A DNA stretch of 64,000 nt from Octopus sinensis (GCF_006345805.1 NC_042997.1:109802001-109866000), one strand, 5' to 3'. Positions 12,540 through 26,505 are shown, counted from the first letter of the stretch. Notes: generated by a model not told the origin, from the sequence alone. Translations and numbers: made by a program.

Positions 12540-13295
12540 AGTGACCTAAAATAAGGGATATTCTACACATTACAAACCATTCCTGCTGGAATCGGTCGTG
12601 TGACCAAACTGTCCCCTAATTTCTCTGCTTGAATGAATTCTTAAACGATGCCATATCGTGGTTTAGCCGTAATTAATATACTACATCTTATCCTACAAGA
12701 ATCATAATGACCATTTAAAAGACACGTACAAGCATACACCACACACACACATCACAGAAATACCATTATACTACACCATAGGTTCTCAAAGTGGGCGCTA
12801 CCCCCCCACCCACCGCTGGGCTTAGAGACGCTCCGGTAGGGCGCTGGTGCTTAAGGGGCGGTGGGGGTTGGGGTGGTAGAGAAAACGGAGGCGTTGGGAG
12901 GAAGGCAGTGGGTTGGGGGACGCCATGAATTTATTATAACATTATTATAATATCGTATACAAATTATATAATATCATATTAAATATTAAATGATTCATAG
13001 TAGAAATAAATTAGTAAAATATTTATTTATACATAAAAAAGGGGTGGGGCGTCACACACAAAAATCGATGTTCTTCATCCGTGACCCTCCCTTATGTTTG
13101 TATATCAATGACTCCATTGATTAATATATCGTTCCCTATTTAAAGTAATGACCTACTATTATTTCTAGCAGGTCGAGTAACCGTCTAATTGTTCCGTGCT
13201 ATTTGATTATATCATTTCAGATTTTAACTACAATGGCTAACATGTACACCTTTCTAAAGCCTGTCCATCCGTGTCTCTCGCTCTTTGGGTGTGCC

Positions 13296-13326
<31 letters not shown>

Positions 13327-14271
13327 CTCTCTCCTAACACTATCTATTCTACAAGTGGATGGTGCTTACCAAAAGTACCAACTAACTTCTACATTCAAAA
13401 TCCCCAACGAAACAGGAATTTATAGATTACATGTCCACATATGTGTTTTTTTCTATGTTTTTATTTCTATGTTTTATTTCCTTGTGGATGCTTGCACCAA
13501 AAGAGAAAACGCGAGGCAGTAATCACTCCGATTGGATGCGATAAGTACATGTGACCCTTTCGCCATGCGGTGTACATATGTTCGTGTCTCGACGTTTACA
13601 GGTCCGGATGTGTTATTTTTATATTGCTTCAGAATATTCACACCAGTAAAGAATTCCTGCGTTTTAACAGACAACAACATGGACAGCTAGAATTGGTAAG
13701 AGTGGAAGAATATCACCTGTGCGTGCGTGCGCCTCTGTGTGTGTGCTATGTTCATTTAGTGGATGGCATCAACTTGGAAAGTCAATTAGTGTTAATTAGT
13801 CCTATGGATCAGTTGTTAATGAGTTGCTGGAGTTCACATTTGGCGAAGAATACTGATAATAATGAACTGAGGAAATTCGAGGAAATTACGTCGACAGAAT
13901 CTTTGCAAATTGGTCAATTGGTAATGCTTAAGCCAGGTATATATGGCTCAGTTATCGATCTTTCATAACACTGATTGTCACATAGACGAATGTTTGAACG
14001 GTCAAAGCAAACGAAGAGGGAATTTGGACACTAAATAGGACAGTGTTTGCTAAACATTTCAAAACATAACACCAGTTTGCCACCATAACAAACAATAAAT
14101 ATACAATCGCCATCATAGTTTCAAGCATCTGTATGCCCTATACCCCTGAGTAAATACACATAGCCAAATAAATGGACTATGTGAGACAGGTAGTTACAGT
14201 CCATTAGGTTGGTTATTACGTAACTCAAATCATTTATAATAATATTTCATTGGACTTCCCAGTGAGAACCT

Positions 14272-14311
<40 letters not shown>

Positions 14312-14522
14312 ATACTGTCTGTCTGACATAGCGACTAGTTACGTGCTTACTCTAGCATATACACACTGCAATATGCACGTCTTCTCGACTGTAATCAATT
14401 TGTAATTAGCATACAGCTGGAGAGCTTTAACTTAATTGTGCCTCGTTGATGAAACAGAAATCTCTTAGGTGTCCATTGCATTCGAAGTTTGTATATGTGT
14501 GTGCATGCGTGCCAGCTTTAAA

Positions 14523-14525
<3 letters not shown>

Positions 14526-14563
<38 letters not shown>

Positions 14564-14951
14564 TCTCTCACTCTCTCTCATTCTCTCTCACTCACTCACA
14601 CATACACACACATATATATATATATTTAGATATACGTGATGTCTGTGTGTGTACACGCACATGCCCACGTGCACGTATTATGATCCACGCCGACAGTTTC
14701 TCCATAATTAAGTCTTTTTCCTGGTGTGTCTGCGGATAGTTGTGTGTGTCTGTGTATGAATATACCTTTCGACATGATGATGATGATGCTAGCTGCAATG
14801 GTGATGATAACATTAGCGATGATTACATAACATCGTTGGAAGAATACTTGCATACAAAAGTCTATGAATTTATATGTGATACTACGTGCGCGCGCACAAA
14901 CATTCACGTGTGTGTATATTATATATATATGTATATCTATCTGCCTCCCTC

Positions 14952-15013
<62 letters not shown>

Positions 15014-15125
15014 TATGTGTATGTATGTATGTATACAAACACACACAAAACAGACTAATAAATCTTTGAAGCGTGTGTATAAGCAGTATAATGTACGCCC
15101 AGAAGAACGTAGATACACATACACG

Positions 15126-15159
<34 letters not shown>

Positions 15160-15175
15160 CAACACACACACAGAT
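14526..15175. repeat. (CT)n, (TA)n and (CA)n microsatellite cluster with short unique spacers
   Basis: Directly visible. Confidence 0.85.
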
Positions 15176-15750
15176 GGTGTGAGTGGATGGGGAGAGGGTA
15201 AATGAAAGAAAATGCCCGACTCGAAGAACGTGACGTCGGAATAAAGTGGAATTAATGGCGGTAAATGTTTAGTTTAGTCTGTGCAAGGGTTTAACAACGG
15301 ATTAGGGTGGAATGTTTAATGTAAGTCTAAGGCTGTTGTAAACCGAATGTAACACAAACATCAACCGTACACGCGTAAGACTACATAAACCTACCTACCG
15401 ACCTATGTATGTACCTACACACGTCGCACACACACACATACGCAGCACACAAATGCAGTACCCATGCGCATTCATGAAGATAGATATATGCGTGCCCGTG
15501 GAATAAATAGTTGATCCCTACGTAGGCAGACATGTGTGTGTGTGTGAGTGGAGGAGGCATAGGTGTTCCTGTAGCTCCAGTGCTGCCCTTCGATAATATT
15601 TCAAACCAAACCTCCAACTCCCTCTGCATCCTTCGCTGTTTTACTCTCAATTAATGAGATGCGGATTCGTTGGCAGAGAAAGACACACGCAGCCCTATTA
15701 ATATTCATGCATATATGTGTGTGTGTGTGTGTATATATATATTCTTGTAT

Positions 15751-16010
15751 TCTTTTACTTGTTTCAGTCATTTGATTGTGGCCATGCTGGAGCGCCGCCT
15801 TTAGTCGAACAACTCGATCCTAGCACTTATTCTTTGTAAGCTTAGTACTTATTCTATCTGTTTCTTTTGCCGAACCGCTAAGTTACGGGGACGTAAACAG
15901 ACCAGCATCGGTTGTCAAGCGATGGTGGGGGACAAACGCAGACACATAAATATATACTTATATATATATATATATATACACAGGCTTCTATCAGCTTCCG
16001 TCTACCAAAT
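15751..16010 (-). mobile_element. SINE-B, head-truncated
   Basis: Matches the 3' two-thirds of 58583-58978 (CTTTTACTTGTTTCAGTCATTTGA...GCCGAACCGCTAAGTTACGGGGACG). Confidence 0.88.
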
Positions 16011-17204
16011 ATATGCATACACACACACACACACACCACACACACCACACACATACATATACATTTGAAATTGAGGATTCACTCCTTCTCCTCTCTGACT
16101 GGTACTTTAACTTGCTTACCCCCAAAAAAGATCTAACGCAAGATTTATGTCGGCGTGATTCCCGCTGTGACCTTAACAAGCAAAAATGTCACAAAACATT
16201 TTCCCCGTTGCTCTAACGATTCTGCAGGCTCTCACCCTCACCATCGAGGTATTCATATATATATATATGCGCGCGCGCGTGGGGGGTGTAATGGTGTCTG
16301 TCTGTCTCTGTGTTCGGGGTTACTCCAACTCCACCCATACCGTCCAACCGATTATAATGATTTTTGGCGCATAGGTAGATCACACGCCCTGAAGTTCAAA
16401 TAAGACCGCGATTTTTTTTGAAAACTCGATAATGCTCAGTTGGCATCGACAATTGTAAGCTCAGTCGGGCGTTTGAATGGAAATTCCCAAAATGATGTTA
16501 TTTTTCCTGTAGCTTTTGCATTTTTTCATGTGTAAAATTTCAACAAAATCGATAGTATAGTCTCTAAGGAATGCTTATTCAATACAAGATCAACTGCAAC
16601 ATGGAAAACACGAACAACGCCGGGTCCACCAGCCGGTATGTGTATATATATATATATATATATAAATACTCAAATGAATATTCGTAAAGATATTATTGTT
16701 ATTATTATCAGCGGTAAATCTAAATAATTGATAATAAGCATTAAACAGCTGCACAATAAATTTATAGTAAAGGTTACACGAAATACCCAGCTTGTTAGAA
16801 GGCTTGCTAAAAATTTCACTTATTTTCAGTGAGATTGTTGGACAAAGTTGAGCATTTTGACTCACCGTTCTAGCAAGCTGATACTTCGTGTATCCTCTAT
16901 CATAATTTTGTTTATATATATATATGTGTGTGTGAATATATATATATATATATATATATATAATCTCTTTATTATTTATGCAAAAGTGTCGTACGTCCAA
17001 AATTAGGTTTTTCAGAAAACGAAAAAATTAGTTTCACCATTCCATAGCAAAACCATTGTACTGCACTCTAACAGTTTTCGATACCTTGGCATCTGAAGAA
17101 GCTGGAGATACGATAGTTTGACCAAAAGAACCGGATCTCGCAAGCAGAAATGAATACTGAAAAAAAAAAACGCTTTTGGCTAAATTTGGACATACGACTG
17201 TTCA

Positions 17205-17219
17205 ACATTATATATATAT

Positions 17220-17269
<50 letters not shown>

Positions 17270-17381
17270 CACGGATATATGTATATAATCTTCCCTATAT
17301 ATTTCTATTTGTCTATCATTTATCTATCTATCTATCTATCTATCCTATCTATTATCTATCTATCTATCTCATCTATCTCTC

Positions 17382-17416
<35 letters not shown>

Positions 17417-17825
17417 TCTCGCGCATGCGTGCTGTGCATACTCACTCCTATTTACACACATATACACACAAAATACATATATTACTGACGCATTCACACA
17501 CATACTCCCAGGTGATAATAAACGAATTGACACACACACACACACACACACACCACGTAGACATATATGTAGAGAGAGGGAGCGAGGGAGAGAAAGAGAG
17601 AGAGAGAGAGAGTATGTTTGTGTTGTGCTTGTGGGATATTTAATAAGTGTGAGCTGTTACAACTCAATGGAGACTCCACGTTTCATATCTCAACTCCAAA
17701 TGACAGCTGTTCTTTCCATCACCTCGCCGTTCACCGTACAGACACGTATTTATAATAAAGTACACACACGTGCCTCCACCTTCCTTCTATCTTTACACCC
17801 TCTCGGGTACTTCTACATACCTACA

Positions 17826-17863
<38 letters not shown>

Positions 17864-18149
17864 TGTGTGTGTGTGCGAGACATTGTACGCTTAACGAGCT
17901 TATTTGTGGATGTTATAAGTAATATATATGTACGTTTCTCCCTTCCTCTCCTTACCCCTTCTCCACCCTCTCTCTCCCTCTAGTTCTATGGATGGGTAAT
18001 TATATAAATACACGCGCTCACTAACATGCATGCATACCAACATACACACGCGCATGTATGTATGTATGTGCATATGTGCATGTATGCCTGTGTGTGTGTG
18101 TGTGTTTATATTTTTGTGTATGGTTGTCCATACATTAGATTCATACACA

Positions 18150-18185
<36 letters not shown>

Positions 18186-18440
18186 TGTGTATGAATATGT
18201 ATATATATACACACACAAGCACGCACATATTTATATATACACACATGTATATATATATACATGTATGTTTGAAGATTCTAAAATTTGTATTTTTGTATAT
18301 TTGTGTATGTATATAGATATATAGGGAAGTTTATATACATATATCCGTGTATGTATATGTATATGTGTGTATGTATATATGTATATATGGTTGTGTGTGT
18401 ATGTGTATATGCAAAAATATATGTGTATATATAACATCAA
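17205..18440. repeat. Microsatellite-rich block: (TA)n, (CTAT)n, (CA)n, (GA)n, (TG)n
   Basis: Directly visible; explains the ORFs at 17068-18589. Confidence 0.85.
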
Positions 18441-21107
18441 TTACTGTAGTTAATGCCTCCCTCTTGTGCATTTCCAGCTGCACACGTGCAAGAGCAATTT
18501 GCTTAGCAGTCATTTTACTCTCCCTAATGTCCCGCCCGTCCCCCGCCTCCGACCCCATAACCCTGCTCCCTAATTTCCCATTCCACTAATCGTCCCTTCT
18601 ACCTGTATTTATTTATGAATTTATGTATTTATTTTTGTACCATTAATGATCGCCTACTTTCGCTGTTTTCTAAATGAACTCGACAAAACCCTTGTCTAGT
18701 TGTCGTAAAACTATAATTGTTTTACCCACTTCTCATCAATTTTATATAGCTTAACTTATTGCTTCTGTTTCTTTTTTTTTTTGTATCCCTTCTTCTCCCC
18801 TCCGCCGTCTCTCACTAAAGTCTGTCTGTCAAATGTTTTCATCCCTCTGCTAAGTCAGTTGCCTACTCATTGATATTACTTACTCTCGTGTAAGGTATGT
18901 TGATTGAGAAAGAAAATGGCTGGGAGAGACAGTGATCTTTAAGTACGTTCCTCTCAGCTTGACATATCGTCTTTGGTGAAATATGAACCTTTACCATTTT
19001 CTTCATGTCTTAGTTACAAACGGAAGAGGGACAGTACCACTGATTTTTTTTTCTTTTTAAGGTCTCCGAGAATGATAGGAGAGAGAAAAAAAATGTCTAC
19101 GATCGCAGACCTGGTCGACTGCTCGAAATATAGAAGCTGGCTCCGTGAGCGTTATGTCGAGGCTAAACAGCGTCAGTTGTTGCTCAATGCATGTCAAACT
19201 TTACGCTGTATATAGTTGAACCTCAGACCTCATACAAACTCCTACGGGTTTCACATTGTCTACGATCCTATTTCCTCCTCCTTCCCCTCCCATCAAGATG
19301 ATGTACTTCGATACTCTTCATCCCATCACCTTTATCTCTTGCTGTTTTCCAGAGTTTCTTCTTTTTCTTTCCTACCCCCTCACCCAATTTTAAAAGTTTT
19401 TACGTCTCTACACAAACCTCTCGTCTTTCTTTGGAAATATGGTTTATCCATTCAATGAGTCATCAGAAGAGGGAAATCGGTGAATATTGCCAACTCTAGA
19501 CTTATTCCTTCTACTTTCAACGTATCAATGATGATTCCAACTTCATCTCGATCGTTAACTACGGCATCATATTACTGCCCACCTGTTCCCCCTCTCTTTC
19601 TCTCTCTTTCTCTCCCTCTTCCTTTCCTCTCTCTCTCTCTCTCTTTCCCTCCCCTCTCTTCTTCCCCCTCTCTCCCCTCTGTCTTTCTCCTCTCTCCCTT
19701 TCTCTCTTTTTGATATTCTAAACACTGTCACACACGTTTCAGAAATGTCCATCTAATAACACACATGCCGTTCCGTAGGTTTATGTGACGGTTTTTCTGT
19801 GTCTGTATTTATTCTTAGTTTTGGAGCAGAGATAATTCTCCAAGCTGGAAATTTCAGACAATGTCCAAGAAACGGTGCTCAGAGGTTCGTGGGTCCCTAG
19901 TTCTTTGTTTAGATGCATAAATGAACGGGTGTGTATAGGCATCACAATATTGGCAAACACACACACACACACACACATACACGTACACACTCACACAAAC
20001 ATTTGTGTGTGTGTGTGTGGTGTGTGTGTGTGTGTGTGTGTGAAGCTGAAGTTAATGAGGGAAAGAATGAGAACTGCTACTTAAAGAAATGGAGCAGAAT
20101 ATGAACGATGCTGATAGGCGAAACTATTTTGCACAGACCAAGACAGGATCGAAAAGAAGAGATACGATTTCCTAGAAATTAATCAAAGAATTATGAAGGA
20201 ACTATGACAGATTATAATCAAGTGGGGAGATGTTTGTGGCTGACACTGTAAACCCAAAATGGGCCGTGGAATTTCCATGGATACTTCTAATAAATATTAT
20301 AATAAATTCCTATACTTAACTGCTCCGCACAGCGTATGTGAAGCACAAGTTTGTGAAGCGAGTGTACATACATACATATACACATGTGTTTGTGTGTGTG
20401 CATGAACATATATACATATATGCATACGATACACAAACACAGGTGTTAGAAAGCTGTGTGTTCCATAGCTATATCAATGCTCCATATATTTCGGCACTCT
20501 ATCGTATTAATTACAGCCGTTTAAGAAATTCCTCACGCATTCTATGATTCCGTCTCTCCTTTTTACTTCCCGTCTCGAGTCTCTCCCTGTCATAATCCCT
20601 ATAAACCATCTGACACGTCACTTGTCTTCTTTTCCATCTCCCTCGTCGATTCTCTCTGCTCTTTTACAGTAGCCATATTTATAAAATTCTTCACGTTGAC
20701 AAAATCATGATATTTCATGACTATGGACTGTCACTGTGTCTCATTAATTCCCTAAATTGTCACACTTCCACATTTCACTGAACAATTCTTCTGACACATC
20801 CTGTCTGTCTAGTAACGTCTTTTAGTTCTTTACTTGGTTCCAGCCATCATGTTCGATGTAAGGCTGGGGCATCGGCTTCTTTATAACTCTCGGTTATAAC
20901 TTAATTCCTCAGTTCAACGAACAGGACATTTTACACAATAACTGTGATGCACTTTGCCTAAATTCAGGAATGGTAAACCAGAGAAGTAAGCAGACTTCGA
21001 ATAGAAATCTTTTATATAAGGAAGAAAAAAAGAAAGAATAACAGAATGAACAACTTAAAAAAAAAGACGAGAATAAGAGAATTGCAAGAAATGCTTTGCG
21101 AAAATGT

Positions 21108-21687
21108 TCTTTACTACTCTAGGCACAAGGACCGAAATTTTGGGGGAAGGGGCCAGTCGATTACATCGACTCCAGTTCGCAACTGATACTTAATTTATCG
21201 ACTCCGAGAGGATTAAAGGCAAAGTCAACCTCTGCGGAATTTGAACAACATAAAGACAGACAGACGAAATACCTATTTCTTTACTACCCGCAGAGGGCTA
21301 AACACAGAAGGGACAAACAAGGACAAACGGATTAAGTCGATTATATCGACCCCAGTGCGTAACTGGTACTTATTTAATCAACTCCGACAGGATGAAAGGC
21401 AAATTTGACCCCGGTGGAACTTGAACTCAGAACGTAACGGCAGATGAAATACCTATTTCTTTATTACCCACAAGGGGCTAAATACAGAGGTGACAAACAA
21501 GGACAGACATAGGTATTAAGTTGATTACATCGACCCCAGTGCGTAACTGGTACTTAATTTATCGACCCCGAAAGGATGAAAGACAAAGTCGACCTCGGCG
21601 GAATTTGAACTCAGAACGTAACGGCAGACGAAATACCGCTAAGCATTTCGCCCGGTGTGCTAACGTTTCTGCCAGTTCGCCGCCTTA
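21108..21687 (-). mobile_element. SINE-A trimer (about 180-bp period)
   Basis: One full-head monomer plus two head-truncated monomers, with junctions GA(C/T)GAAATAC|CTATTTC near 21263-21279 and 21443-21459. The last monomer carries an alternative tail (CCCCCAAAATTTCGGTCCTTGTGCCTAG on the minus strand). Confidence 0.92.
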
Positions 21688-21899
21688 TCGATACAAAAAT
21701 ATTGATATTGCATATATATCCGAGCATAGGCACACAAGCGCATAACCTGTATTGTCTATGTCTGTTTCTCTCTGATTGTATATATGGCATTCCGGCCCCT
21801 CTCTCTTATGCGTGTTTGCGCTCATATATGTTTGTATATTTGTTATACACATGACATGTTTATAATATACGTAATATAATATGTGTATATTTTTTTATT

Positions 21900-22105
21900 C
21901 TTTTATTTGTTTCTGTCCTTTGACCGCGGCCATGCTGGAGCACCGCCTTGAGTCGCACAAATCGTCTCCAGGACTTATTCCTTGTAATCCTAGTACTTAT
22001 TCTATTGGTCACTTTTACCGAATCGCTAAGTTACGGGGATGTAATCACACCGACAACGGTTGTCGGTTGTCAAGTGATGGTGGGAGTACAAACACAGACA
22101 CACAA
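21900..22105 (-). mobile_element. SINE-B 3' fragment
   Basis: GCGGCCATGCTGGAGCACCGCC...CCTAGTACTTATTCTAT...CGCTAAGTTACGGGG matches the other B copies. Confidence 0.85.
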
Positions 22106-22144
22106 CCATATATATATATATATATAAATATATATATATAAAAG

Positions 22145-22320
22145 CTCGAAATACGAGAGTAGAAAAGCAGCCAACAACTGATTAAGGGTCATTCTTTATG
22201 TTGTTTGTTTTGTTTTCCATTTGTGTCATTCGTTGTTCGAAAGAATAGTTCATGTTCCATGTACTCGTGCTTCATACTTTTTTGTTGTATACGTTTCATG
22301 ACCTCCTTGATAGATCTGTT
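22145..22320 (+). repeat. Unclassified interspersed repeat 'F'; related copies at 47370-47535 and 51680-51790 in the opposite orientation
   Basis: AGTAGAAAAGCAG...AAGGG..ATTCTTTATGTTG...CGTTGTTCGAAA...TTCCATGT resembles the reverse complement of 47370-47535 by eye. Strand is arbitrary. Confidence 0.5.
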
Positions 22321-22717
22321 AGTACATTCGGTACTTTTTGGTTATCTTGCCCCCATTAAACGAATTTTATTTATCTAAAGTGTTTAACCCTCAATAAAAC
22401 AAAAAAATAAAAATGAAAATTAATTAGCATGAAAGCTGAAAAAATTAAACATCTCAATGAATCTAATAACATTTTTATAACAAATTATCCCATTCCTATT
22501 GAGGGTGGGGGCAAACATCAACAATGTTTTGAAGTATTAAATCAAAAGGATCGAACTCTTTGAATCCAATCTCTTGAAGCCACATTAACTTGATTTTTGT
22601 GTGGAGAGATAATCCAGTTTTTTAACGATAATTTTTTAATGGGGGTGAGATAACCAAAATATTCTAAGACTTTCTAACCGTGAGCACTTTGTCTATCATT
22701 TAGTTTATGCTTACGAC

Positions 22718-22872
22718 TCCGCCGAGGTCGACTTTGCCTTTCATCCTTTCGGGGTCGATAAATTAAGTACCAGTTACGCACTGGGGTCGATATAATCGAC
22801 TTAATCCGTTTATTTGTCCATGTTTGTCCCCTCTGTGTTTATTCCCTTGTAGGTAGTAAAGACATAGATATT
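22718..22872 (+). mobile_element. 5'-truncated SINE-A
   Basis: TCCGCCGAGGTCGACTTTGCCTTTCATCCTTTCGGGGTCGATAAATTAAGTACC through tail. Confidence 0.9.
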
Positions 22873-23830
22873 ATGTAAAGTGTCCTGAGTGAAGACGACA
22901 GCATGCGTTTTGAGGGAGATTTGACTGTTGTTGCCCCACATGTTTAGTGTCCATGTGATCTGTCATTATAGGTTGACTAACATCACCCCAAGCAACGCTA
23001 ATCAATAAAGGTGTAGCACTGTAGAATTAACACCTGTATACGTTTTGTTTTTGTTTATGGTTTTGTTAGTGTGTGTGTGTGTGTGTGTGACTTATTTCGT
23101 TTATGAGGTTACTAAGTGTATATATACAGTTTGATTTTTGTTTACGAGTGACAGAAGCAGCCGTGACAACGGCTGCAGCATCAACTGCAAAAAACAGCAA
23201 CATTAATTGCAATATCAACAGCAGCATTGAGGTGCAATTGCATAATTGATTGCTGCATTAACTGCTGCATCACTTGTATAATTAACTGCGATTTTGCCAA
23301 CAACACCATTATTTGAATTAGCAAAAATGGCGTTAACTGCAGTTGTAACTGCATAATTAATTGCAGCATATGCATCAGAAGGAACTGTAATGTCAGCTGT
23401 AATATAAACTGCAACAGCAGCATCAATGCAAACTGCCGCAGCAGCAGCAACGACAGTCACCAACGCAACGACACTGCCAACCAATAGAAATAAATGTTAG
23501 GACGCCGGTCGGAATGCTTGGCGGCATTTCATCCGTCTTTACGTTCTTAGATCGAATTTCGCCAAGGTCGCCTTTGCCTTTTACTCATTCGGGGGGTCGA
23601 TAAAATATGTACCAGCTGAATACTGTGGTCGATGGAATCGACTTTCCGCATTCCCGAAATTGCTAGCAGTGTGCCAAAAATCTGAATCGAAAATTCAATA
23701 ATATAAAAATGTACGATTTTTTCAGCATCAAATGGTTGCGAAGGTCCACCCGAGCGAGATAAAAATTAAAAGGGTGTACAGATAAGAAATGGTTGAGGAC
23801 TTATTGATCTAGAACATCACTAACACTACC

Positions 23831-24064
23831 TATTTCTTTACTATCCACAAGGGGCTAAACACAGAGAGGACAAACAAGGACAGACAAACGGATTAAGTTG
23901 ATTATATCAACCGCCAGTGCGTAACTGGTACTTATTTAATCGACCCCGAAATGATGAAAGGCAAAGTCGGCCTCGGCGGAATTTGAACTCAGAACGCAGC
24001 GGCAGACGAAATACCGCAAAGCATTTCGCCCTGCGTGCTAACGTTTCTACCAGCTCGCCACCTT
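23831..24064 (-). mobile_element. Full-length SINE-A monomer with 18-bp TSD
   Basis: Flanked by AACATCACTAACACTACC (23813-23830) and AACATCACTAACATTACC (24065-24082). Confidence 0.92.
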
Positions 24065-24500
24065 AACATCACTAACATTACCTTTAACCACAATGTCACC
24101 AACAGCACTATTAACTACTCTTTCACCACCATTAACTACAATGTTACCAGCCTTAACTACTGTATTATCGCCATTACATGTCACTGCATCACCACCACCA
24201 CCACCATTAACTGTAGCGTCATCAAAGCTCAGCGTCTACGTCATCACCAGTTGGCATTCCGATGACGGTGGTAATACCAATCAATATGATGGTTTTATTA
24301 CAATTAATTATTATTGATAGAAACATTTCTGTCGGTTTGACCAGGTTAATCAGCAAACGGACATTTCGTTCTTATAACAAAAGGTCACGTTGTTGTGTCC
24401 ACATCTCGATGACAACAACAGCAACAACAACAAACACATCATACACACTTCATATCATGTACGCACGCATCTTCGATAACAATCACCACACCACACTGGC

Positions 24501-24755
24501 CCTCCGTCCGTTACGACGCTGACTGCTCCAGTTGATCCGACCAACGAAACGGCCTGCTCGTGAATTTAACGTGCAACTGACTGAGTATTCCTCGGACGGG
24601 CGTGCCCTTGACGTGGTTCTCGGGAAGATTGAGCGTGATAAGGCTGGCCTCCTTTGCATTACAGGTAGAGTTCATTTTTAGCAACCCAGGAGCAACATAA
24701 ATTGATATGTTTGGCCCAAGGACACAATACACCGCCAAGGACTGAACTCACGACA
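24501..24755 (-). mobile_element. Diverged SINE-D
   Basis: Homologous to 30496-30790 (CCGTCCGTTACG..., GTGAA(A/T)TTAACGTGCAA, CCCAAGGACAC). Confidence 0.75.
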
Positions 24756-24824
24756 CTTTTCCAAAGTGAACCGAATACCCCTTATCACTAAGCTACGCGT
24801 CTCTACATTATATAGATTGTGCTT

Positions 24825-24937
24825 TATATATATATATTATATATATATATATATACGTATGTGTATATATATGCACACATACACACACATGCATTTTCGT
24901 AATAATAAATACTTAATATATGTAGGTGTGTGTATAT

Positions 24938-25004
<67 letters not shown>

Positions 25005-25194
25005 CGTATGTGTATATATATAAATATATATGTATATATACATATGTATGTATATATGTGTATGTAGATATGTGTATATATACGTGTGTGTATATATGTG
25101 TATATATATGTGTGTATATATGTTTGTATATATACATATATATGTGTGTATATATCAATATACATTTGTGTATATTTATGTGTGTATATATATG

Positions 25195-25231
<37 letters not shown>

Positions 25232-25236
25232 TTGCG

Positions 25237-25277
<41 letters not shown>

Positions 25278-25400
25278 GTGTTTAAGTGTGTGTATATGTG
25301 TATATATATGCACACATACACACACATGCATTTTCGTAATAATAAATACATACATAGATGTGTATATATATATATTGTGTGTGTGTGTGTGTGCATGAAT
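24825..25400. repeat. (TA)n/(TG)n mosaic bracketed by a 55-bp direct repeat
   Basis: Identical 55-mer at 24858-24912 and 25295-25349. Confidence 0.95.
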
Positions 25401-26121
25401 ATGTAAGTGTGTGTATAATCACGGGCTCCTATACACAGAGTAGTACACCATTATGTTAATGGGCAGAAGGCGAAACAGAAAAAGAAATCCAATTGAACGA
25501 AACGTGGATGCACTCACTCCGGTCCGTTTTTTCCATTATTTTTGCTGCCCTAAATACTATTCAATCAACGCTGATAAAATTCCTGGAATTCCATGTGACA
25601 TAAAAGGCGAGAACCATCATTTGTTATCAGCAACAAGCAGTGCTGTAATGTTTGGTTTTGTGTGATTCCATCAAGCGAGAAAAACCAAGTTAGGACAATC
25701 AAATTTTGTGTCTGATAAAATCAATCAGATTCGGTGAACTTTCTTCGATAAACACCGCCAAAAGAAGAAAATGTGATGGAAGAAAAATGACATTTTCGTT
25801 GATGAGTGCTGGAATATATTGTTAAAGCATTTCCAAGACTACTTATTTAGCGCCACCTTCACGGCATCAGTTCTTAAGAAATGCGGTTTCCGACTATGTT
25901 ACAGACTGTAGTGGTATCTGATTGACCTGTAGTCCGTTGTGGCATCAGGTTGTTAGCGAGCTTGAACTCCTCTCTCTTTCGTCAAAGAAATGGCTGTTGT
26001 CTGGTCAAATTTCTTTAACAAGAGAAGCTGCAGCAACAACAACCATAACAATAATTGTTTCTACTGTAGGCAGAAAGCCTGAAACTTAAGGAGTGTGTGA
26101 GTGGGGGGTGGGGGTGATTAC

Positions 26122-26169
<48 letters not shown>

Positions 26170-26184
26170 TCCTCTGTACACAAC

Positions 26185-26505
26185 TGTTACTTAATTTATT
26201 AACCCCGGAAGGACGAAAGGCAAAGTCGACCTCGGCGAAATTTGAACTCTGAATGTAAAGACAGTTGAAATAATGCTAAGCATTTCGCCCGACGTACTAA
26301 CGGTTCTGCCACTTCGCCGACTTAATCATAATAATAATTATTATTATTATAACAATAATCCGTTCTACTATATTTGTGGGGAGGGACCACGAAACGATGA
26401 AAGGCAAAGTCGACCTGTGAGAAATTTGAACTCAGAATGTTAAGACGGACGAAATACTAAGTATTTTGCCCGGCGCGCTAACGATTCTGCCACCTTGCCG
26501 ACTTA
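26185..26505 (-). mobile_element. Two diverged SINE-A fragments separated by an (AAT)/(ATT) tract
   Basis: GAAAGGCAAAGTCGACC...AATTTGAACTC...TAACG.TTCTGCCAC occurs twice. Confidence 0.8.

Noticed and set aside
12780-13080. Possible hAT-type MITE end (GGTTCTCAAAGTGGG) with G-rich, G4-like sequence
   Set aside because: No matching second terminal inverted repeat or 8-bp TSD was found.
17090-17150. CTGAAGA...GAAA hammerhead-like string
   Set aside because: Stem II is irregular, and no NUH site or stem I pairing could be found.
23181-23484. Ala/Val/Asn-rich ORFs (DAAVNAAINYAI...), superficially like an antifreeze or structural protein
   Set aside because: The DNA is a degenerate 12-bp-period minisatellite (TGCWGYATWAAY-like) open in two minus frames, with non-ATG starts and no convincing splice context.
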